From a virus (lineage: Duplodnaviria; Caudoviricetes): 59,978 nt of DNA. Of the stretch, positions 8,973 to 18,451 are shown piece after piece; position 1 is the first letter of the stretch, and every line of letters begins with the position of its first letter. A program made the translations under genes and the position numbers. The notes beneath the pieces are model-generated. The model worked only from the letters and a program-made list of their open reading frames with translations. It was not told the DNA's origin and did no database searches. The stretch spans positions 1-59,978 of IMG/VR virus record IMGVR_UViG_3300036781_000826; one strand, written 5' to 3'.

Positions 8973-9901
8973 GCCATCTCCATTGCGTTGAGGGTTTCGT
9001 CGACCTCGGCGCGGCGCGCCCACTGGTCGAGCAGCCAGGTCGGCGGTGTGGCGAGGTGCGGTCCGAGCGGATAGCCGGGCCACTCGCCAGTCGTCAGCGC
9101 GCGGTCCCACAGGTTGCAGGCCGCATCGACCTGCTCTTCGCCCCAACTGCGCCCGGCCTCGTCGGTCTCGACCAAGCAAAGCGTGAAGGGCGGATGCTGC
9201 TCCTGGTAGAGAAAGCAGAACCGCCGACGCCCGCGGCCGTCGGGGTCTAGGATGTCCAGGCCCCGGCGGTAGAACGCCTCTTGGAAATAGTGCTCGGCGC
9301 TGAAGACGCGGGCCTTGGCCATCGCAGGCGACACGTCGAGCTCGGTCGTCTTGTAGTCGATGATGACCTGCGCATCGGCACGCATGCGGTCGATTAGCGC
9401 GCGACGCCAGAAGCCCGTGCCCTCCTGCCAAGTGATCATCGCCTCGGCGACCGCGGAGCCGTCCAGCAAGCCGGTGATGACGGGACCCGCAACGGCGGCC
9501 ATGGCCTTGGCTCGGCGGTGTTCCTTCGGCAGCAGCGGGATCTCGCCGGCCTTGCGCGCCGCCTTCCGCGCTTCCTGCGCGTCTTTTTTCTTCCAGTCGG
9601 GTGCGTGGATCAGCGCGATCTCGGCGCCGACGCCAAACGAGAGCGCGTGTGCCGCCGAACCGATATCCATGGCGCGGGTAATCGTCTGCTCGCTAGCTTC
9701 CTCCTCGTCGCTGTCGTCCCAAGGCTCAGCGAGGCGCGGGTGGGCCGTCTTCGCGTGGGCCAGAGAGCGGAACAGCGCCAGGCGGGCAGTGCTGGAATTG
9801 AGCGAAGGCGCAGGGCACGGATCCGCGCGGTAGGTCTCCATGTCGACGCCGAGGTAGAGGCCTGGGCTGTCGATGGCGCCTGTCCAGAGCTGGGCCTTCA
9901 T
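8969..9901 (-). CDS. RecE/exonuclease VIII-like PD-(D/E)XK nuclease
   Basis: SLNSS..R; GSAAH; RALID...IIDYKTT; Y..Q..FY. Confidence 0.85.
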   Translation of the reverse strand: MKAQLWTGAIDSPGLYLGVDMETYRADPCPAPSLNSSTARLALFRSLAHAKTAHPRLAEPWDDSDEEEASEQTITRAMDIGSAAHALSFGVGAEIALIHAPDWKKKDAQEARKAARKAGEIPLLPKEHRRAKAMAAVAGPVITGLLDGSAVAEAMITWQEGTGFWRRALIDRMRADAQVIIDYKTTELDVSPAMAKARVFSAEHYFQEAFYRRGLDILDPDGRGRRRFCFLYQEQHPPFTLCLVETDEAGRSWGEEQVDAACNLWDRALTTGEWPGYPLGPHLATPPTWLLDQWARRAEVDETLNAMEMA

Positions 9902-10185
9902 GCCGACCTCGCGACGATGGCTTCGATCGTCTGGACGCGGGCCTCGCAGTCGTCGACGAACCGGCGCGCTAGGTCGCGGACGCCGGCCGGATAGGCGTCG
10001 CCGCCTTCGGCAATCTCGGCGGCCATGCGCTCGACGTCGGCGATGGCCGCCGTCAGGGCATGGACGTGGTCGCGGGCTGCGGCCTTCGCCTCGGCTTGGA
10101 GGCGCCGGACGCGCTCGGCGACGGTCTCTGGCTTGGCGGGCGCGCGCAGATCGGCGTCGGCCACGATGGATAGGTTCGGGCTCAT
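9898..10185 (-). CDS. Helical hypothetical protein
   Basis: MSPNLSIV...GGDAYPAGVRDLARR; coupled. Confidence 0.7.
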   Translation of the reverse strand: MSPNLSIVADADLRAPAKPETVAERVRRLQAEAKAAARDHVHALTAAIADVERMAAEIAEGGDAYPAGVRDLARRFVDDCEARVQTIEAIVARSA

Positions 10186-10613
10186 CCGGGCACCCCCGCA
10201 GCCTTCGCCAGAGCGCGCACGAAGTCGCCCGCGTTGCCCCGCATGGTCTTGTCGGCGATCCGGTACTTGCTCCGGTGGGGCCACCAGTCTGCGACCAGAC
10301 GGCCGCCCTTGCGAACCTGCCAGTGGTAGAAGTCATTGGCCCGAAGGTTCCCGAACGCCTCGATCTTCTTTCTCACCGCTTTGGTGACCGAGCACGCCGT
10401 GGCACCATCATAGGCTGGGCGCGCCGCGTAGGGTTCGCGATGGTGCCGGGCACGATTGTGTCCGCGAGTGCCGCGCTTGTACGCGCGAGCCTCGGCCGCA
10501 GTCATGGGCCAGCCGGGACCGTCCTCGCCGTCGAAGTTGAACTCGCCGGTCTCAGGATCCATCGTGCCATCGAGCATCATCTCGGCGATCTCGCCCATGG
10601 TCAGATTCTCCAT
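10182..10613 (-). CDS. Hypothetical phage protein
   Basis: MGEIAEMMLDG start motif; DWWP. Confidence 0.65.
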   Translation of the reverse strand: MENLTMGEIAEMMLDGTMDPETGEFNFDGEDGPGWPMTAAEARAYKRGTRGHNRARHHREPYAARPAYDGATACSVTKAVRKKIEAFGNLRANDFYHWQVRKGGRLVADWWPHRSKYRIADKTMRGNAGDFVRALAKAAGVPG

Positions 10614-10690
10614 AGGAAGGCGCTGGCGAGCGCCAGGAGGCCAAAGAAGGCGAGGCCTTTCGGGGTGATGATGAGGAGGCGGAGGAGCAT
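10601..10690 (-). CDS. 29-aa hydrophobic peptide (MLLRLLIITPKGLAFFGLLALASAFLWRI)
   Basis: ATG directly after upstream stop; GGAGG RBS. Confidence 0.4.
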   Translation of the reverse strand: MLLRLLIITPKGLAFFGLLALASAFLWRI

Positions 10691-11077
10691 CTAGCGGCCC
10701 TCCCGTTCATCGATCTCGGCCATGGCCTGGGCGATGGACCCTGCGTGGCCGGCGCGGTTGTCGTGGGCGTCCGGCGCGCCGTCGTAGTCGTCGTGCACGA
10801 ATTGCCAGTCGCATTTGCGGGTCGGGATCGGCGGAGGCGCGAAGCAAATCATCCAGCGGCCGTAGCGGACCTGGGTCACCGGTGAGGCGTTCAGGGCCGA
10901 GTCCACCAGCGCTAGCGCGCGGGTCATCTGAAAGTCGGCTTCGTGCTGCAGGCCCGATAGGATCGGTCGGACCGCGACCAGCGCCTCCATCATCTGAGCC
11001 ACGCGCTCCTGATGGCCAAAGGCCGAGGCGACCGCCTGCCCAGCGGTGAGAGCGGGTGCAGCGTTCTGAGCGGCCAT
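10691..11077 (-). CDS. Hypothetical phage protein
   Basis: PPPIPTR..DW...HDDYDGA.D motif; coupled. Confidence 0.65.
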   Translation of the reverse strand: MAAQNAAPALTAGQAVASAFGHQERVAQMMEALVAVRPILSGLQHEADFQMTRALALVDSALNASPVTQVRYGRWMICFAPPPIPTRKCDWQFVHDDYDGAPDAHDNRAGHAGSIAQAMAEIDEREGR

Positions 11078-11273
11078 TACGCGGCCCCGCCGACGAGTTG
11101 GTAGAGGTGACGGACCGCTGCCCGCGCGCCATTCCGGGTTAGTGCTTGGCCAATCGCGCGGCCGCTCTCCTCCCGGACGCGCCAGAAGGCGCTGCGCCTG
11201 GCCGGCACGTAGTCGTACCGAAACGGCGGCCGGGCGAGCTCGGCGCCAGGCTCTAAGCTGAAGGTCGCGTTTC

Positions 11274-11277
<4 letters not shown>
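11077..11277 (-). CDS. Small hypothetical protein
   Basis: Coupled at both ends. Confidence 0.5.
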
Positions 11278-12130
<853 letters not shown>

Positions 12131-12131
<1 letters not shown>

Positions 12132-12226
12132 TATGCGGCTTCTTTCAGCGACAAGGGGTGGGAGACGATCTGATCGGCGATGGCCGGGAGCGGCTCGCCA
12201 GCGTTGCGCTCATGCTGGACAGGCAT
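12131..12226 (-). CDS. 31-aa peptide (MPVQHERNAG...KEAA)
   Basis: AAGGAG RBS; stop overlaps next ATG. Confidence 0.4.
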
Positions 12227-12262
12227 CGGGTCTCTCCTTTGGGGGTGTGGTGGTGCGGCGCC

Positions 12263-12490
12263 CTAAGCGGCCCGCGCTTTGGCTTCCTCGTGCGCGGTGC
12301 GCGCGATCTTCAAGCTGTCGGCGATGCGGGCGCTCGCGGCTTCGGCGGCTGTCAGCAGCAGTTCGTGACTATCCGGCTGCGCCCAATCGAGCGCGGTCAT
12401 CAGTCGGGCCAACTCCTCGGCTTGGGCGCGCGCCGTGTAGACCGCCATGTTGGCGGCGACGAAGTGGGGGGAGGACGAGGCGACCATCAC
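12263..12490 (-). CDS. Small hypothetical protein
   Basis: Coupled to upstream ORF. Confidence 0.5.
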   Translation of the reverse strand: MMVASSSPHFVAANMAVYTARAQAEELARLMTALDWAQPDSHELLLTAAEAASARIADSLKIARTAHEEAKARAA

Positions 12491-12777
12491 GCGGCCGCCT
12501 TCGTTTGAGCCGCCGCGCGGATGCGCTGCACCTTCGCGGTGATCACCTTCGCCGCCGCGCTCAGTTCGCCCTGGGACCGCATCAGGTCCCACACGGTCAG
12601 GCCGACCAGATGCTCTGGAGTGGCGAGGTCGCCGCGACCGAGCTTGGCGATCTGCTCATCGAACCACGCCACCCGCTTGGCCAGCGCCTCGGCGCCGTCC
12701 ATCCGGCCGTTGGCGGCTTCGATCCAGCCATCGACGGCGCGCTGCATCTTGCGAAGATTGGGGTGGGTCTTGGGCAT
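12487..12777 (-). CDS. First gene of leftward early operon, hypothetical
   Basis: GGAGAG RBS; directly downstream of PL-like promoter. Confidence 0.65.
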   Translation of the reverse strand: MPKTHPNLRKMQRAVDGWIEAANGRMDGAEALAKRVAWFDEQIAKLGRGDLATPEHLVGLTVWDLMRSQGELSAAAKVITAKVQRIRAAAQTKAAA

Positions 12778-12799
12778 CTCGTCTCTCCGTGTTGGAGAG

Positions 12800-12852
12800 A
12801 CAATGGCGGGGGATGTGTCCCCCGTCAACTCATATTTGGGGATATATCCCCC
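12800..12852 (-). promoter_or_regulatory. PL-like promoter (TTGACG-17bp-CATTGT) with two operators
   Basis: GGGGGATGTGTCCCCC at 12808-12823 and GGGGATATATCCCC at 12838-12851. Confidence 0.85.
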
Positions 12853-12864
12853 ATTCGCTTCCGG

Positions 12865-13110
12865 CTATCTGAGTCCGGCGGCGCTGCGCGCGCGGTCTTC
12901 CCGCTCTTTCATGTCTCGATCCAGCATCTCGGTATCGAGTGCGATTTTGCAGCGCGTCACCGCCTCGGGGTCAGCGCCGTATTCGGACCTGCAGGCCTTG
13001 TCGATTTTGGCCACCGGATCGACGTCCCCGGAGGAACCCGATCCAGCGATGATGAGGAAAACCACTAGAGCCGCGGCTATGATCCCGGCCGCAAACAAGA
13101 AGCCCTTCAT
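12865..13110 (-). CDS. Small membrane-anchored protein downstream of cI
   Basis: N-terminal TM helix, two Cys; position analogous to exclusion genes. Confidence 0.7.
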   Translation of the reverse strand: MKGFLFAAGIIAAALVVFLIIAGSGSSGDVDPVAKIDKACRSEYGADPEAVTRCKIALDTEMLDRDMKEREDRARSAAGLR

Positions 13111-13124
13111 CTCGCGGCTCCCGA

Positions 13125-13832
13125 TTAGAACTCAGGGTCGTATGCGCCGACGACCAGGCCCACGATCCGCGCCTCGACGCCCTCTTCGCCGGCGCGCGCG
13201 CCCTTGGTCATATCCACCGGCTCAGACCATCGCGGGTCGCTGGACCGCGGCCAAAGGCGCACCAGATCGACCGGAACGCCCGGGATGGTCTCAACCTGCT
13301 TAATTGTTCGCTCCCTGATAGCGCCCTGATCGCGAAGCCTTTCCACAACGACCCAGTCACCGCTCCTGGGCGAGTAGCCCATCTCCATGGCGTCTACGAC
13401 GTGCGCGTAGTGACCAGCTGGGATCTTCAAGTTGACCGAGTCGCCCTCGACGCGCTCGAGCCATTGGGGCCACTCGGCGTACTTCGGGTGCGGGAGCACG
13501 GGATAGGCGAAATCAGCGGGGGGCTCCTCAAACTCGACTTCGCGCCACAGGCCCGCCTGGACGCGATACCGGACCCGTAGAATGTCGGGGACGATTCGCG
13601 GGTCCAGGCGCTGCGCACCGATCGGCGTGTTGTGGGTGAAGTCCTGCACCGCGCATCCGATCTCCTCAGCGATGGCGAGCAGGGTGTTGAACTCTGGCCG
13701 CTTGCTCTTGCCGCTAAGGATGTCCTTCACGGCCGTCTCGCCCAGCCCTGCCTTGCGCGAAACGTCGCGCGCCGTGCGCTTCTTCTCGCTGAGAACTGTT
13801 CTCAGCCGCTCCTGATCGACCCCCACTGCCAT
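13125..13832 (-). CDS. cI: CI-like repressor (HTH + S24 peptidase)
   Basis: XRE HTH (RDVSRKAGLGETAVKDIL); VEGDSVN and RTIK Ser/Lys dyad; divergent from cro. Confidence 0.88.
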   Translation of the reverse strand: MAVGVDQERLRTVLSEKKRTARDVSRKAGLGETAVKDILSGKSKRPEFNTLLAIAEEIGCAVQDFTHNTPIGAQRLDPRIVPDILRVRYRVQAGLWREVEFEEPPADFAYPVLPHPKYAEWPQWLERVEGDSVNLKIPAGHYAHVVDAMEMGYSPRSGDWVVVERLRDQGAIRERTIKQVETIPGVPVDLVRLWPRSSDPRWSEPVDMTKGARAGEEGVEARIVGLVVGAYDPEF

Positions 13833-13868
13833 GGTCTGAAATATCGCTCGAAGGCGCCGCTTTTCAGA

Positions 13869-13914
13869 GGTGGATATATCCCCCGTTGACGGCGGGGGAC
13901 TTGTCCCCCATTGT
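13869..13914 (+). promoter_or_regulatory. PR-like promoter (TTGACG-17bp-CATTGT) with two operators
   Basis: GGTGGATATATCCCCC at 13869-13884 and GGGGGACTTGTCCCCC at 13894-13909. Confidence 0.85.
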
Positions 13915-13920
13915 TGCGCC

Positions 13921-14145
13921 ATGCCCATCTCAGATTTCATCGGCGCCTGCGACGCCTACTGCGAAGCCTCCGGCTTCTCGCGCGTGTGGTTGTCCAAGCG
14001 CCTCTTCGCTGACACCTATCGCCTGGACGACTTGGCGGCCGGCAAGACGGACATTGGCGTCAAGCGACTTGAACGGGCTAGCAACGAGCTCGCCGCCCTC
14101 GACGCGGCCAGGACATCCGAAGGCGCTCAAGGCGCCGCCGCCTGA
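13921..14145 (+). CDS. Cro-like regulator, probably leaderless
   Basis: Small HTH-like ORF divergent from cI; ATG 6 nt after -10 box. Confidence 0.75.
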   Translation: MPISDFIGACDAYCEASGFSRVWLSKRLFADTYRLDDLAAGKTDIGVKRLERASNELAALDAARTSEGAQGAAA

Positions 14146-14534
14146 TGTCCGCCCCCTTCACCCCAGCCCAGGAAGCCGGGCTGCGCGAGATCGTGCGGGA
14201 GGAGGTTGGGCGCCGTGGCGTATATGTTCGCGGCGGGGCCATCCAGACCCAAGGCGTCGATGACGCTGCGCTTCAGACCGACGATTTTCACTCTGGCGAA
14301 AGCACCCGCACCGCCGGCGGCCTGATGCCGCCGCCCCAAGTCCCATCGCCGGACCTCATCGCTGCTACTTCGGCGCTGTCGCGGGAGGTCCAAGAGCTTC
14401 GTCGAGCATATCGAGCCGGAGCTGCAGGACCATCTGCGACAGTTCGGAAGCCCGAACCTTCTGAGCATGCTCAAGGGTGTTTCGTAGATCGTCCCGCAGG
14501 TGCTCAACCGCAGTGGGATCGAGCCGATGGATAA
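14145..14534 (+). CDS. Hypothetical protein
   Basis: TGATG coupling to cro; 3' half overlaps an antisense ORF. Confidence 0.45.
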   Translation: MSAPFTPAQEAGLREIVREEVGRRGVYVRGGAIQTQGVDDAALQTDDFHSGESTRTAGGLMPPPQVPSPDLIAATSALSREVQELRRAYRAGAAGPSATVRKPEPSEHAQGCFVDRPAGAQPQWDRADG

Positions 14535-14604
14535 GCTGCAGCACGTCCGTGAGCGCGCTTCCGTGCGCCGAGAGAACCGCAATCGTCTGATCTCGCTCAT
14601 CCAT
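14365..14604 (-). CDS. Small helical protein on opposite strand (MDERDQTIAVL...)
   Basis: GGAGA RBS; amphipathic helical composition. Confidence 0.55.
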   Translation of the reverse strand: MDERDQTIAVLSAHGSALTDVLQLIHRLDPTAVEHLRDDLRNTLEHAQKVRASELSQMVLQLRLDMLDEALGPPATAPK

Positions 14605-15015
14605 CCCGTTCTCTCCGTGGTCCGTTTCGCGACTTCCACGGGAGCACGCCCTGCCTGCCGCAGCAATCCGGCGGGCAGGGCGGATGGGGGCGCCTGAGAT
14701 GTCGGCGCCATCACGATCCCAACTCGCGCGCAGGGCTCTGACCAGCCCCCGGAGCCCGCACTTGCTGCGCGGGTCGGCTGGACGCTCCGTTCTCTCCTGG
14801 GGCGTCCAGCCGAGTACCACCCCGACCCTCTGCCCAAGCGCTCTCGACGTAGCGTCTCGCCATCCGCGTCAGGGCAAGCTGAACGCGCAGCTCCTTTCCC
14901 GCGCAGGCGTCCAGCGCCCGGCGCGCAGCTTCGAGTTTTCGGGCCGCCCCATCCATGGCGCGCATAAGCGCTGCCATAGGGGCGTGGTCACCTTGTCAGT
15001 CGGAGCGATCTCACA

Positions 15016-15417
15016 ATGAGCGAGGTCAGCCCCGCCTACATCAAGGGCCTGTTCTTCCACCTGGTGAAGGAGGTCGGTAGCTGCGACGCGGCCGCCGCCT
15101 TCCTGGGCATCAGCCAGCAGCGGGTCTCCCAGCTCCAGAACATCCAGATCGCCGACATGCCGACGATCATGCAGGTCGTCACGCTGGAGCGCGTCGTCGG
15201 CCAGGCCATCGTGACCGGCCCGCTGGCGAAGTCAGCGACCGGACAGCCGGACACTGCCGACGTGGCCAGGGAAACGCGAGAGGTGACCTACGCCGCGGTC
15301 GAACTGCAGCGAAGGGTCGATGAAGGCGCCGACAAGCGGACCATTCAGACGGGTCTCCTGCGCGTCCGCAAGGAAGCCGACGACGTCCAGCACGCCCTGG
15401 ATCGCCGCAACGACTAA
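15016..15417 (+). CDS. CII-like regulator
   Basis: LVKEVG..DAAAAFLGISQQRVSQL HTH; position after cro. Confidence 0.6.
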   Translation: MSEVSPAYIKGLFFHLVKEVGSCDAAAAFLGISQQRVSQLQNIQIADMPTIMQVVTLERVVGQAIVTGPLAKSATGQPDTADVARETREVTYAAVELQRRVDEGADKRTIQTGLLRVRKEADDVQHALDRRND

Positions 15418-15512
15418 CCGGGTAGGCGCGCCCGGTTGGGAGAGCGCGCCGCCCACACCGAGAACAGGGGAGGGGGCCGCCCCATGACAGGCCCGCCGAC
15501 AAGGAGCCCCTG

Positions 15513-16280
15513 ATGGGCGATCCGACGACTGCGCCTGGGCGCCCCATGGTGGGCAAGATCCAGAGCGACCAAGACCACGCCGACCTCCTGACCTACCACG
15601 TCACGGTCATCCGCCAGGAGATGGCCAAGGTCGAGAAGGCCAAGGGGCCGCTGGACGAGGTGAAGGCCGAAGTCTCCGACGCCCAGGAAGTGCTGACCAA
15701 GGCGTTCAACACGGCGAAAGGCGATCTCGGTCGAGGCTACAGCCGCAAGTACCTGGAAGGGCTGATCGCCGACGGCAGGCTGCGCACGACCGAGCTCGCG
15801 GACCTCGAAGTCCAGCGCGCCCGGGACAAGGGCGTCCTCAACCAGCCGGTCTACGGGATGCAGCCGGAACTGTTCCCAGGCCCTGAGACGCCGGCAGCGA
15901 CCAAGGACGACATGGCCTGGGAAGCGGAAGGTTATGCCCGCGGCCTGCGCGGCGATCTGAAGGAACTTCAGGACGGCGACCCGCCGGCCATGCACCAGGC
16001 GCTGATGCGCGGCTTCCGGGAAGGCCAGCGCGTCACCGGCGAGCGCTTCGTCCGGGCCCAGGCATTGCGCAAGGCTGCTGAGACGCCTGACGCCGGCGCG
16101 AAGATCGTCAACCTCAATAAGACCGAGCCGACGGAGAAGCAGAAGGCGGCTGCGATCAAGGCCTCCGAAAAGCTCGCCCGCGAAAGCCTCGGCGCGCCGG
16201 CGCCAGGACCCAAGGGCCCGGAGCTGAAGCCGGCCAAGGGCGGCAAGACGACCGTCGTCCACGCGGATCCGGTGCACTGA
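15513..16280 (+). CDS. Hypothetical protein, weak GapR-like N-terminus and RMF-like motif
   Basis: AAGGAG RBS; AFNTAKG..G; EGYARGLRG...RGFREG. Confidence 0.7.
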   Translation: MGDPTTAPGRPMVGKIQSDQDHADLLTYHVTVIRQEMAKVEKAKGPLDEVKAEVSDAQEVLTKAFNTAKGDLGRGYSRKYLEGLIADGRLRTTELADLEVQRARDKGVLNQPVYGMQPELFPGPETPAATKDDMAWEAEGYARGLRGDLKELQDGDPPAMHQALMRGFREGQRVTGERFVRAQALRKAAETPDAGAKIVNLNKTEPTEKQKAAAIKASEKLARESLGAPAPGPKGPELKPAKGGKTTVVHADPVH

Positions 16281-16795
16281 TGACGGGCGGCAGGCGTCAA
16301 GCTGATCCGGCGGCGGCCTTCTGGGCCCGCGTCGACATGTCGGGTGGCCCCGACGCCTGCTGGCCTTTCGATGCCTGCAAGGGCGAGAACATCTATGGCC
16401 AGCTGCACTGGCGGGATGAAGGCGGTGAGCGATACGAGAAAGCTCATCGCCGGGCCTTTGAGCTGGCGAACGGCCGGTTGCCGAAGGGTAGGGGACGCGG
16501 CTGCGACCTGATCCGGCACACCTGCGATTTCAAACCGTGCTGCAATCCCGCTCACCTGATCGACGGGAGCCAACTGCAGAACGTCCACGACGCGATGGAG
16601 CGTGGCCAGTACGCCCCGCCGCCGACCTTCCGCGGCGAGGATCATCCCCGCGCCAAGCTCTCCCGCGCCGCCGTTCGAACCGCGCGCGAAGCAGCCTTAG
16701 CGGGCGCGAGCTGTGCGGCGCTGGCACGCGGCGCGGGCGTCGGCTGGACCACCATGAGCCATGCACTCGCCGGGAGGACCTGGGCCGATGCATAG
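16280..16795 (+). CDS. HNH homing endonuclease
   Basis: FW.RVD...CW; AHR.A; HTCD...CCNPAHL..G....N. Confidence 0.9.
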   Translation: MTGGRRQADPAAAFWARVDMSGGPDACWPFDACKGENIYGQLHWRDEGGERYEKAHRRAFELANGRLPKGRGRGCDLIRHTCDFKPCCNPAHLIDGSQLQNVHDAMERGQYAPPPTFRGEDHPRAKLSRAAVRTAREAALAGASCAALARGAGVGWTTMSHALAGRTWADA

Positions 16796-17189
16796 GCCTC
16801 ACCCTGTCAAACAATCCGAAGCGGCCCTGCACATGGCCGTCGCCCGCTTTCTGGCTATCGCGTGGCCGGCCGAGTTGCCGTGGACGCATTTCCCGGCCGG
16901 AGAGTTCCGGTCGAAGGCGACCGCGGGCAAGCTCAAGGCGATGGGACTGAAGCCCGGCTGGCCAGACTTCATCTTCGTGTTCCCCAACGGCCAATTCGCC
17001 GGTCTCGAATTGAAGGTCGGCGCCAACGGGCTGTCGCTGGTCCAAGTCGACCTGCGTCAGCGCCTGATGGCCTGCAACGCTGGCTACGCGGTCGCGACCT
17101 CTATGGAGGAGGTCGAAGAGGTTCTCATCCGCTGGAGCGCCGCCTTCAGCCTCACGCTGCGGGCCCGTCTCATGCGGAGCGCCGCATGA
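16788..17189 (+). CDS. VRR-NUC domain nuclease
   Basis: SE..LH; GLKPGWPD; LELK...LS..Q. Confidence 0.85.
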   Translation: MHRPHPVKQSEAALHMAVARFLAIAWPAELPWTHFPAGEFRSKATAGKLKAMGLKPGWPDFIFVFPNGQFAGLELKVGANGLSLVQVDLRQRLMACNAGYAVATSMEEVEEVLIRWSAAFSLTLRARLMRSAA

Positions 17190-17485
17190 TCGGCCTCACC
17201 CCGATGCAGGCTAAGGCGCTGAAGGCTGTGGCTCACCTGACGAGCGAGTTGGGCGTCGCGCCGAGCTATAGCGAACTCTGTCAGGAGCTCGGCCTGGTCA
17301 GCAAAGGCGGCGTGATGCGCCTGCTCTATGCTCTGCGCGAGCGCGGCGCCGTGGAGTTTATCCCGCAAAAGGCTCGTTCCGTCCGGATCATCGCCGACAT
17401 GCCGGGGCTGGAGACGCGAAGCACGACCGACCTTCAGGCCCTGCGCCGCGAGATTGATCGCATCCTCAGGTCGAGGGCGAGCTGA
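17186..17485 (+). CDS. LexA DNA-binding-domain-only protein
   Basis: LTP.Q...PSYSEL...LGL.SKGGV.RL...L.ERG. Confidence 0.85.
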   Translation: MIGLTPMQAKALKAVAHLTSELGVAPSYSELCQELGLVSKGGVMRLLYALRERGAVEFIPQKARSVRIIADMPGLETRSTTDLQALRREIDRILRSRAS

Positions 17486-18060
17486 TGGCCCGGGGCGACG
17501 TCGATTGGAACAAGGAAAACCTCGATCGCCTGAAGTCTGGCGTGGAGGCGGGCGACAGCTATTCGCAAATCGCCGACCGCATCCCGGGATGCACCAGATC
17601 CGGCGCCATCGGAAAGGCGAGGCGCATGGGCTATTCGCAGCCAGCCGCAGCCTCGAAGCCGTCTAGGATGCTTCGCGCACCTGCGGTCGCGCGGGCGCCC
17701 AGCCAGAACGCGGGCTTGGCGTTCAAGACACGCTCGTTCGGCGGTTCGGCGATCTACAAGGGTGAGCCCACTACGAGCCCGCTTAAAAAGCGGCTCGATG
17801 TGGCGATGGCCAATGCCGCCTGCGAGCCGCTCCCTACGCCCGATGGGGAACTTGCCCCGACCTGCACCCTCGTCCAGCTCGGCGCCCACATGTGCAAGTG
17901 GCCAATCGGCGATCCGATGGTCGAGGGCTTCGGCTTCTGCGGCCGGATCACTGGAGACCTTTACTGCGATACTCACCTGGAGCGCGCCTGGTCGCCGGTC
18001 CCGAAGAACCGCCCGAGGACGGGCAACGAACTCGCCAGGAGCTTGCGCCGGTATGTTTGA
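17485..18060 (+). CDS. GcrA-like cell-cycle regulator
   Basis: W....L.RLK...G.S.SQIA..I.G.TRS..IGK.RR.G and L..L..HMCKWPIGDP...F.FCG...YC..H. Confidence 0.88.
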   Translation: MARGDVDWNKENLDRLKSGVEAGDSYSQIADRIPGCTRSGAIGKARRMGYSQPAAASKPSRMLRAPAVARAPSQNAGLAFKTRSFGGSAIYKGEPTTSPLKKRLDVAMANAACEPLPTPDGELAPTCTLVQLGAHMCKWPIGDPMVEGFGFCGRITGDLYCDTHLERAWSPVPKNRPRTGNELARSLRRYV

Positions 18061-18451
18061 CTGGCCCTGCAAACCCCTGATGGCCGACGACCTCGTCGCC
18101 ATCGATGCGACGCGCTGGCGGGTTTTCCCGCGCGCTACCGTCGTGGCGATCGCCGAGGCGTGGAACGCCGGCCTCAACACAGCGACGATGGCCGCTGATC
18201 TGGAATGCCGTCCGGGCTCGATCCGGGTGCTCATCGGCAAGTTGACCCAGGTCGGCGTCGCCCTTCGAACCGCTGTGGACCCTTCGACTGTCGCGACCAG
18301 GGAAATCGCGCGGAAGAGGTCGCCCGCGGCGGAGGCGATGGCCCAGGAGCAGTTCGCGCGCCTGCGTCGTGTCGCCGCCTGGGATCCTGCCGCGCGGCGC
18401 GCCCTGGAACTCTACGAGCGTGGCCGCAAGGCGCCGGCGGTCACGCCATGA
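18053..18451 (+). CDS. Hypothetical HTH-like protein
   Basis: Coupled ORF. Confidence 0.55.
   Translation: MFDWPCKPLMADDLVAIDATRWRVFPRATVVAIAEAWNAGLNTATMAADLECRPGSIRVLIGKLTQVGVALRTAVDPSTVATREIARKRSPAAEAMAQEQFARLRRVAAWDPAARRALELYERGRKAPAVTP

Noticed and set aside
12781-12801. Inverted repeat GTCTCTCC/GGAGAGAC as an RBS-sequestering RNA hairpin
   Set aside because: It straddles the predicted PL start site, so one arm is probably not transcribed; role unclear.
14711-14977. Minus-strand 88-aa ORF
   Set aside because: No clear RBS or motif; could be real but is not supportable.
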